NCBI GenBank assembly: GCA_905178155.1
Contig: CAJINV010000001.1
Location: 1,104,606-1,168,605, forward strand
Length of the DNA stretch: 64,000 bases
Direction of reading: 5' to 3'
Origin: Amoebophrya sp. A120
Lineage: Eukaryota; Protista; Dinoflagellata
The position numbers were made by a program, and so were the translations under genes. The stretch's first letter is position 1. Every line of letters begins with the position of its first letter. This document shows positions 46,501 to 53,089 of this stretch, one piece after another. The notes beneath the pieces were generated by a model. The model did not search any database. It saw only the letters and a list, made by a program, of their open reading frames with translations, and was not told the DNA's origin.

Positions 46501-49500
46501 GACGCAGTCTTTTACTGAGTTCGAGGAGGTGCTGGCGGAGGCGCTGGTAGGTTGCGATCTGGCGGAGCAAGCAGGTGCAAGCAGCAAGATCCCAGCATCA
46601 TACAAGAAAAGAGAAGACAAAAATAAAGATGAGAAAGGCGGAAGCGGAGTATCAGCGGTAGCCAGGGCCCGGAAGGTGTTCGAGGGCAAGGCGAAAGGAT
46701 CACCGGTGTCCAGGTACTCCGGCATGTTGGTGGACGGGTTCCGGATGAGCTCAGAACTACAGGCAGTAAGAAACGTGGTGCGGTATTTCTACGAGAAGCC
46801 AGACTTGATCAAGGAGCAGGCTGGATGGGTCAGCATAGGGAGCAAGGCGCTTGAGGGGAGTAGCTATAAGCGCTTCCTCGAGTCCCTACTACGAGTGGCA
46901 AAGATCTGCAAACCCATACACGTGCCGGGTCACCGAATAAAACGCCAGCTTGACAAGCTAAACGAGAACTTACGAGGTCCGGCCGGTGTGCGGGGCTTCA
47001 TCTACAAAGGGATGCGAGAGGAGCACGCCAGGCATCTTGCCAAGCTGATCGAAAAGCAATATGAAGACCTCCAAAGCTGCGACAGAGCGGAGGAGCTGGC
47101 GTCCAGGCAGGACAAGAACGAGGGAATCTGTCTGGCATGCGGGATTGCGAAAGGTGAAAGGGTGGCGACGGTCAACAAATTACGCATAACGCAGTCGGAG
47201 CAGGTGCCATCCAGAATCGCGCAGGCAGAGCAGACGGACGTGGCGATTACACTTGCGAAGACGAAGCTGATCGGGGATATTGCGAAAGGGGGCTGTCCCG
47301 GAATAAACTTGCTAACAACAGCAACAAGAAGAGAGGCGGCGCGCAAAAGTCTGATACCAGCGGGGCGGCCGGCAGAGGAGTTGCAGCGCGTGATGATAGC
47401 CAGCATCTCTTTCGATATGCGAGCAATGTTCGACACGCTGACGGGCTGGGTGCTGATCACAACTCAGATTTTACTAGGAATGCACCCCGGGCACCTGCTG
47501 AAGCTCCTGATGCTGCACCAGTCTCGCAAGATATACTTTCGGGTGGATGGGTACACGCTGAGGGTGAAAGGTCATAGAGGCGGCTTGCAGGGGACACATG
47601 ACGCACTGCTAGCAGGCTTGCTGGTACCACTTCCATGGCTACAGCTGGTAAGGCGGGCGCTCGCGTCGGCGCGGGACGGGACAGGTCAGCTGTCGGCGCA
47701 GTGTCTGGACACAGCGGCGGTATCGGTGGAGAGGGAATTGCAGGAGCTGAAGACGAAATTTGAAGAGGCTATTTTGAACTACGGGGAAGATTCGGTACAC
47801 AAAAGTTACCGGAAGACCGCGCAGCTGGACGCGCCGGTGGTGGAAGAGCCACATGACGCATCCAAGGTCGGAGGCCAGGAGGCGTGCGATGCGGTAACGG
47901 CATGCATCGACGACACGGAGATCCGCTTTGCCTTCACGCGGCAAGATCTACAGAGCGGCCTGTTTCGCAGATTGGTGGCATTAATAAGCAGGATCATTGA
48001 GCACCTGTGCGAGACAGCCGAATTATTTCTAGCGGTCGAAAAGTGCGAGGCCGTGGTGGTGAACTGCGCCAGCACGGGGGAGGAGGGGGCGAGCTCGCTC
48101 TCGAAAGAAGAAACGACGGAGATACGGAGGAGTTTAACAGTGTTCGGCAAGGAGTTCAAGTTGAAGGCGGCATTGAAACTCTTCGGGTTTCCGATAGCGG
48201 AGGACATCGCCACGCAGTACTGCAAGCAGATACGGAGCGCGATGTTTCTGGCTAGAGGGATCTGCGTGGAGGCATGGAAAGGGCGAGCAACAGCGTCGCA
48301 CTTCACCTCAGTTCCACAGTGGGTGACATTCGCAAAAATACGGCACCTTCTCGCGGCCTTGACACAGGTGTCCGAGGAGACAGCAACAGCAGTGATGGAG
48401 GCTGCAGCGTTAGTATGCCTAGAGATGATAGGCGTTTCAAACAGCTTATTCAGCAAGCTGCAGGACGCGGTGGAGAGGAGAGCCGGGCAGAGAGTATCAG
48501 CCGCGGACTTCTTCTTCGGATTCTTCGCGAGAACGCCAATACGGGAGGCGGTGGAGAGGACGGCACGCAAGGCGGTGGCGAAGGAAGCGTGCGCATTGGG
48601 CTACATTGCATCCAACGCCATGGACAGCGCCCTGACGGGTCTGGACATTGAGGAGCAGCGGAGGAGGAAAAAACTTTGGAGCAACAAGGAACTGAGGATA
48701 GCGGCACTACCCCGTCGAAGCAAGTGCGAGCTGCTGGAGACCGTCGGCAAGCTGCCCGCGATCTCCTACGATAAGCAAAATCAGACAGAGCAAAACAGTC
48801 TCAGCATAATAATAGCGAAGATTGGACGCGCGGCGGTGAGATACGGGAAGACAGCCAGCGGCAAATGGAAAATGGAAGAGAAATTAGTGGTATCGCTGCC
48901 AGATGAGGACGTCTATCCGCGAATTGGGAGGGCGATTCAGGTTGGCTACCAGGTGGCGGCGGGACGGTTGCTGGAGACGAGCGTCAGTCGGGAAAACGTC
49001 TCCATAGCGGTCTACTCCTGGTCGAAGGGTGCGGAGGATGAGAATGGACTGGTGAGTGAAGCAACAGCAAAAGCGATCACGACGGTATGTGCGGAGCGGA
49101 TAGCATTTCTAGCTCAGAAGGAGCCCGCGGCCCAGGTCCTGCAGCTGGCAAGGAGCGAAGTGGAAACGACATGGAAAACGCACGACGAAATCTACCCACC
49201 GGCATGGGACGACGAGGTGTTCATACAGGAGGACGAAGAAGAAAAATTCCAGATGTGGCACGAATTATTAAGTAAAGAACTAGCGCCATTGCCGGAACCA
49301 AAAGAAGGCGACGCCAGGACGTCAATTAAGAAGTTGAAGGGGGCGATGAAAGAGCGTCTAGAAGATTGGATAAGAAAGCAGAATGACGAAGAGTGGCGGC
49401 TAAGGGGTAGCGATGAAAGGGATGCAGGCGTAGCAGCTCTAGGCAACTAGAGCAAAGAAGATAAGGATCAGGCTAATAGGTTGTTTTGTTTAACGCTTTT

Positions 49501-49798
49501 CTATCCCCACAGGAAAAAAAGAAGCAGAACGCAAAAGTCTGGTAGGTAAAGAAAAAGACAACAAAGACAGTGTTGAGGCCGTCGCGCCGCTTCTTTGTAT
49601 AAGTTGGTAAGATGTTACAGTGGCCGTCGCGCCGACCGCAAGGAAGAGCTTCTTTTACTTAGGACCGTCGTGTCCGTCATCCACTGCAAAAGCAGTGTGA
49701 GTGTGCTACATTTGGCTGTCGCGCCGCACTTGTATCAAGGCCGTCGAGCCTTACCGACTGATCCTCGTACGAGGGGGATCGGGCGTGACCCAAATAAT
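37600..49798 (+). mobile_element. Giant non-LTR (LINE-like, APE-type) retrotransposon; boundaries approximate
   Basis: One uninterrupted 11.7-kb ORF with APE and RT, a T-rich leader and a repeat-containing 3' tail. The 3' limit is set by the start of host duplication homology at 49799. No TSD found. Confidence 0.8.
37784..49450 (+). CDS. Retroelement polyprotein (3888 codons): OTU-like protease, C2H2 fingers, APE endonuclease, reverse transcriptase
   Basis: OTU-like SNCLYEAIAAQV..HVD. C2H2 CVACQRAF..HFRESELH. APE motifs FNMNG, NETH, GGAAL, FYIRP, ADINAKH, PT..PD, SDH. RT motifs FDMRAMFDTL, GGLQG, CIDD, EKC, KLFG. The true start may be a later ATG. Confidence 0.88.
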   Translation: MWPALQIGSAFMLSGLLLSQAMSRVPSSRQFSSGLGFPLGLLLPWCLAKLTVFPFVKQVVSRCAFVFSNKKYTKTLLRQTSAGMSSTFSSAGLAVPLHSFWSPPQITRGPEGALLFDTVRNALLEGVVEARSYAMDYKRAESAPPVLRSRLHAAPAPERLVSQPEVLPGGVSHDSVTPSAVGLHCSVNAFQLVATDLYPDYGAAIPLGCRKQFPSMGSGHDQRVTGPPPLDFARLIPSLPGVGARIKKKGSGGSRDSYLRQRDLPQVTVAIASVRPPCVRMVEVSKDDRTRRSCVQRLDQEGARASRGCSLRPAHKRELYVSAFPNFSKFLVLDDDGELGREEEVRMQLRSELTTSNAKKRLRKTKRRPQASIGAFTNDKWIRQLLFEEAQGGRTTTGKAGGDAEKDTSRERLASIIEGRGVCFYDCEAGYIKVGRNAAKEALRGGLGRRYAERKPRIKSMKVESNCLYEAIAAQVKLPVAEVMKLCDNFSGEADEHDLCIAAQAMQCVFHLDYGKGRYLRVYPRIHEQNGGGNFKVLFFGMTADGRHVDVMAGRPRKKNPDTRKLIRQSGRIRSSMQRGAGEIHLAGNHSRSNRRRAPSGAVLRSSRCEFKNVTEKQFLNFLITISENGRVESSCINKRDTNDQTVCFEWGAAPGATVTCRWWPTGSLSMQGDAGGAADAFDSFIQQGYCGSQKAHFKIWKGGRYAADKVMERSRSRKRAGGKQDVTSPTRDRHRRREQQHASSDDDVGGLLSRPREPARRKVDWAKDDVSYGSIDSAGPTASRTPKIVPQSSQALDQRAAAAGGRWSRSQAYSDRSIPLNHVVSKAGLHKKTMAGEDLRTDSRKRCSSDMRNQERQGAAGRTPERQHSGGWSQRLVAPRPREEDLWPPAAAARRLEGHPPIKEVGWSLERPTLKLKVACQSKVANPVRDGGPAIGSSSSSCREEDAAERGLAEQRRLQRSKWSIDESSSESWSAPKKCAAGASQHRRSCKDLFEDYEVYSSPEKMEVAPESCDFLHDEINQVMLLKCKNCQELFVDREEFSAHGCGSTREAGETKNHTDADNWYERETEPKFVCVACQRAFPDIEILHRHFRESELHKRNTAARVGKGGQPGAASGAASVLALKGKRQAGKAKKRSGIDLELDLYSESSSSPVKSPARKKKAGISPRQRSKKESAQIAGGASTAAQGRDSLGEAKVGAPLRSWSKNSLYDLLISDAEAIMHSVRDRDQRNSLAQLLDKDASSRPGSDDQDNHEGEAGGNSSSRALQLAARMSLCRAVWLRTEGEEKNMNVLKSLKELVEEGEVEGALFVPYDQDAPCPGTDRPALKSLVRTERTGRPGAQLAPWSVRFDEKLLPAYGVAITQVILKISLGSKQAAEISRCVTELTSGTTADKDLSHSKVRRVMNLIRMLEIEQADRIGYHQGGSGRELAAGLRAGTWGFGIEKHCWIGKKTASWLCELAEEVKQGRRIPCQLEVHRSKEQSSEVVREQHTRWVDELARQHLRPHVLEGSGVAMLAINRKAVISMPFFTEKELEEDEELKRLVGNKASIWLPKKDKTRVVGNLRQHDFSTASVVNFSLRAGTERSHLQDGVERFAECNQLQVVPNPPGTGKAQPDGAYAIKFRLVHVDVADTAVKITKRMHERVAERYAQRGKLRRDTTRLLFDVDAHEMDDHLRERAKAAMGGTLHKETITTVHDHGSINVRKRPCCLFSDADMKSEALERLKKIFAKSANLLAEDHPRGVRILTKARREAQEKEERCAESCTHIIVAERLGKDKLALVDTMIEKVSGGRKQDMKRFRAKTSATLPSQEWCQVWRWECDDDISRTQDLIGADVSEFGLAACRKGGSGLIWPRSVLVDTQDNIGIYKKRHEDWHKRLKEAAAIASEKRHITRTSRTQIEAAGAPGARSQAKPKVREAARVAGVLKLKGVSTSPERSKGQGAMTAGGRDELGSKGSATTGEMQKLLDWVLEKSIKKDVKLESLSKAQDEVFRSFYMLMEKAPPGAGARVLLEKAKSRVNEITDKRRVLATLAAELRKGEQEFKKKLNASSKRPASDVLGGSPCDQGGSTNAATVGGGFKATSHLPVKGDSESAGKGRSAGVVPRADVVAAEKLVPVVVPRKSPRDTEVHATSGRPADEGIRAPAAKTRKVCGGGRRVDGDAVLMDEVDRATSPGTLKRDLVTQAPSEEMPTGQQRGEVASDRDAALAEDGWTLPTVKGARLDENKALKGDLIGFVGLVCRADGEEVRCKSSGEARKLLMSFICNQVRHGDSVAFYELSKSAELIMVDSSGSAGCLRSSRVSYFPAFFVGSPPDNVHRGDMYELTTSSEADRAKARVKLLHVVTHLKNSKSKKAAERRELSKVFCGHQEKEARLPRYTVLLEGNIQGRWTVKDNRDGTRRTMEQNMDNLRLLLSGGECGDGGAQAGGPGPQEHVAASGILEECDDEEAQTVGRERTVVANRYTLHFNMNGWGANSGKLEDAYDEALKRNADFDEESGFWIILHLNETHMRNLEEELPRIAGSDARPREIADEGGFLGAAKLLAASDDREFGAPAIGGAALILCQPAELGWAMPTARSSFARTVTTKPSVNRLTGRRHEGESGRAGDDGVQEEVLLQDRFTKEDFVMWFCSVVVGDECHITFYIRPNLKPNATDAEVSYVASQLAEAVAAAKAARRLATRVHLTADINAKHDSSSRGEFLASLQERGRQAAWARFGQIIRSFLDEITEGLEPRIVGPTYQDRTTPDMFWSGGGYVGIEECKLLRWSAGGDLGPIGQASDHAMIAVREQLEVRDHLQRLQDVATGVPSLIVNVSWKWKDWWKHIWNWKSPQANTSGWMLPGEARRLIFGRFDDFELLPTNACPGPKTAVVPEFEIYKGYKMHIKLDRDDAPEAGKLQQVYAECSSQLLQTQSFTEFEEVLAEALVGCDLAEQAGASSKIPASYKKREDKNKDEKGGSGVSAVARARKVFEGKAKGSPVSRYSGMLVDGFRMSSELQAVRNVVRYFYEKPDLIKEQAGWVSIGSKALEGSSYKRFLESLLRVAKICKPIHVPGHRIKRQLDKLNENLRGPAGVRGFIYKGMREEHARHLAKLIEKQYEDLQSCDRAEELASRQDKNEGICLACGIAKGERVATVNKLRITQSEQVPSRIAQAEQTDVAITLAKTKLIGDIAKGGCPGINLLTTATRREAARKSLIPAGRPAEELQRVMIASISFDMRAMFDTLTGWVLITTQILLGMHPGHLLKLLMLHQSRKIYFRVDGYTLRVKGHRGGLQGTHDALLAGLLVPLPWLQLVRRALASARDGTGQLSAQCLDTAAVSVERELQELKTKFEEAILNYGEDSVHKSYRKTAQLDAPVVEEPHDASKVGGQEACDAVTACIDDTEIRFAFTRQDLQSGLFRRLVALISRIIEHLCETAELFLAVEKCEAVVVNCASTGEEGASSLSKEETTEIRRSLTVFGKEFKLKAALKLFGFPIAEDIATQYCKQIRSAMFLARGICVEAWKGRATASHFTSVPQWVTFAKIRHLLAALTQVSEETATAVMEAAALVCLEMIGVSNSLFSKLQDAVERRAGQRVSAADFFFGFFARTPIREAVERTARKAVAKEACALGYIASNAMDSALTGLDIEEQRRRKKLWSNKELRIAALPRRSKCELLETVGKLPAISYDKQNQTEQNSLSIIIAKIGRAAVRYGKTASGKWKMEEKLVVSLPDEDVYPRIGRAIQVGYQVAAGRLLETSVSRENVSIAVYSWSKGAEDENGLVSEATAKAITTVCAERIAFLAQKEPAAQVLQLARSEVETTWKTHDEIYPPAWDDEVFIQEDEEEKFQMWHELLSKELAPLPEPKEGDARTSIKKLKGAMKERLEDWIRKQNDEEWRLRGSDERDAGVAALGN

Positions 49799-50484
49799 TT
49801 CTACTGCAGCGACCTGGCGAACCCGGCATGCTCGCTGGCTTGCAGTGACCAACACGAGTATTTGCACGCAGGAAACGAACAACGCTGAACCAAGATGAAA
49901 AAAACAAAAAGCCAAACGTGTAGTGCTAGCGCTGGTGGCTACTGCAAGAACGGTGGACCGTTGAAATTTAGGAGTGTCTCCATAATCGATGATCCAGATG
50001 GACAACAAAGCAATCCGAAGTCACCATCTGAAGAACTTGACAGCGCCGAACATCAGGAGAGTTCGTAAAGATGGTGTCCATGCTCCCCGCCATTGTGGTT
50101 CGTCCGCCTATTAGACAACTACTAATCGCCGGAAGAAGTCCGGGGTCGCACTGAAACGGAAGAGGAAACAAGGTTGAGTTTGTTTGTTGTGAGCGAACAA
50201 GAGCGGAAGTTCTCCTGATCGTTCGTGCAAAGTTGGGCTCGATATGCATATTTGTTATTGCGTGCCATTACCTCGACCTGCTGCAGTGGCTTCATTAGAA
50301 TCAACCGGATTCATGTGTCGTATGTGATAAGATGTGCGGGCTGTCTTCTACAACTTAGCCTCGTGTTTATTGCGACTGGCTGTTAAAGAAGAACCATGGC
50401 AAGAACACGAGCAGATTAGCGTACTTTTGAGAGGAGTACGAACTAGTACTGCATGTAGTCGGGGTTAAGTTTCGCATAGAAAAG

Positions 50485-52262
50485 ATGACCTCCGCACCTG
50501 TTGGACGACTCCGGCGAACGCGAAAGCACGGTGGGAGTCCGCAAGCTGGGTGTCCGCTCTCTGACCGCGGAAGGAGTAGCGCTGTTGCCGCTTTCTCCCC
50601 CTCGTCCTCCCTGGCGCTACTACTGGTTTTTCAGCACCTTCTTTCCGGGGTTGCAGCGCTCGATGTGCTGGACCACACAAACTCCAAGAAGGAGATCGCC
50701 GCCTGGGCCGTCGAGACTGGGAGGGCGCCGAGTGGGAGGCGATTGCGACAGGAGAAGGAACCCCTGCATCCGAGCGCGAGCGAATCGAGCCCGAGCGCAA
50801 CCAAGATGGAGCAGCCCGCGGCGAGGAGGTACAGCCCGACCCACTACCTTTTGGACGCGAATGGCGGGGGCGAGGCTCTGGCCCAGGTCACCAGTGCAGC
50901 GTCGCGACACGGGCAGCCGGAACCAACCGCGGAAGGCCGGGACCCGTCGCAGTTGCAACGTCGAGGTAAGAACTTCGCACACAGCTCCGCTCTGGCAATA
51001 GGTGTGCTACCCGCAGCGAAGAGGAAGGAAAATGCGGGTGGTTACGGGAATGCCACCGAAGATCAAGCGAGTCCTCTCGGCAGCACACGAACGGCAGCGA
51101 AAACGAACAGCACATCTATCGGTTCTAGCAGCCTCACCGCAGGAGGGCCCGGCCGTGAAACGAGCGGGAACTCCGCACGGTTGCAGCGGGGAGCTGGTCG
51201 TGGTGCCGAGAGCGTTTTACAGCAGGAGCAGGGACGAATCCATCATGTGGCCACGGGCGCGCGAGGATCGCGAGCCGCGTCGAAGACCATGGGGGCGCTG
51301 ACTGTCACCGCGGCCACAGCATCCAGCGAGTACGCGAGCGACGCGATCAGTGCCAACTTGATTGACGGCGACATCACAACATATGCACACACCTCGGATA
51401 ACACGGCTGATTGTGGACCGGCGCAGAAGTGCCCCTGGTTTCAATTGGACTTGGGCGAAACGATGACTGTGGACAAGGTGCGCGTAGATACTATTTTCTG
51501 GTATCTTCCTGGTCTTCAAAATGCTGACGGCTCTAATCATATATTCAAACTTTTTGCACCAGATATAATTATCCATCATGGTCTCTACTTAGGAATTGGA
51601 TTGTCTTTTTACTGAACAGCTCCTGCCGGTAGCTCTGCAATGTCACGGCCGAATAATTGTTGATTCTTTCAAAAAAGGTGAAGCTAAGCGCGCACAAAGG
51701 GATGACTCAGATGCGGCGCAACCTGTTCATCGCGCCGATGAGAGATGACAACGGCGTGGTCGAGTATGAGTTCGGGGACGACATGACGGGTGGAATCAAG
51801 GGCGGGATGCGCGTGCTGGTGGGAAACTCGGCGCGTGACAGGGCGGATACGTCGGAGTTCAACAAGGACATGAGTTCGTGGAGTGGCACCGAACAAGGTT
51901 CCGTTTGCCCGGAGCCGCCTACAGGTACGGAGTGTGAGACGATCCAGTGTGAGGATCCAGCGACTTGTCTCGACCGCTTCGTTGCGGACCCTACCGACAC
52001 CGATTACGGCGCTGCTACGGTGGACTGCAAGGGCAAGCAGGGCCGGTACGTGACGATTGAGCTCCCGGGCGTTACTGCTAGAGACACGGGACAACTTCGC
52101 ACTCTGGGGCTCACAGAGGTTGCGGTCGAGGGCGGGCCCGCGAAAGCAAGTGAGGAGGCCTCTACCACGCCGGCGCCAGAAGCCTCCGCGCGAGCAGTGG
52201 CAGCGACTTCCCCCCTCCTCTTGGGCATCGTACTAGTCGCACAGATGCTGACCGGCGTGTAG
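50485..52262 (+). CDS. F-type lectin/discoidin (F5/8C)-like surface protein, probable signal and GPI/TM tail, copy 1
   Basis: LIDGD..AHT..PWFQLDLG..VDK|VKL..GRYVTIEL..LGLTEVAV. Hydrophobic N-terminal and C-terminal segments. GT-AG intron 51478-51677. Confidence 0.75.
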
Positions 52263-53089
52263 CAGATGTCGACAGAGGAGCCGCGTTCTGCAAGCGAAGT
52301 TCTTTTGTAGAAAACAGAAGCCAAAAATAAAATACCAAGCGTTGTTCAAAAGCGCAAACTTCTACTGCAGCAGCTTGGCGAACCCGGCATGCTCGCTGGC
52401 TTGCAGCGACCAACGCGAGCATAATTTGCGCGCAGGAAGCGAACCACGCTGAAACAAGACGAAAAAAATCAAAAGCCAAACGTGTAGTGCTAGCACTGGT
52501 GGCTTCTAGAACTGCAAGAACGGTGGACCGTTGAAATTAATTCAGGAGTGTCGCCATAAGTAATCGATGATCCAGATGGACACCAAAGCAATCCGAAGTC
52601 ACCATCTGAACTTGACAGCGCCGAACATCACGAGAGTTCGACGTGAAGATGTTGTCCATGCTCCCCGCCATTGTGGTTCGTCCGCCTATTGATATAAACA
52701 ACTATCGATCTTCGCCGGAAGTAGAAGTCCGGGGTCGCAGACTTTGGCAAACGACAGCACTGAAACAGAAGAGGAAACAAGGTTGAGTTTCTGTGTTGTG
52801 TGCGAACAAGAGCGGAAGTTCTCCTGATCGTTCGTGTAAAGCTGGGCTCGATATTCATATTTGTTATTGCGTGCCATTACCTCGACCTCCTCTGCAGTGG
52901 GTTTTTTCGGATTCCTGTGTCGTATGTGATAAAATGTGCGGCGGGCTGTCTTCTACAACTTAGCCTCTTGTTTATTGCGACTGGCTGCTAAAAAAGAACC
53001 ATGGCAAGAACACGAGCAGATTAGCGTACTTTTGAGAGGAGTACGACTTAGTACTGCATGTAGTCGGGGGTAAGTTTCGCATAGAAAAG

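Noticed and set aside
38083-49446. Many short antisense or alternate-frame ORFs within the giant ORF and other GC-rich CDSs
   Set aside because: Shadow ORFs expected from codon bias, with no independent evidence.
49577-49752. CRISPR-like array after the giant ORF
   Set aside because: The repeats are only ~13 bp and degenerate, the spacers are irregular and partly similar to one another, there are no cas genes, and the context is eukaryotic.
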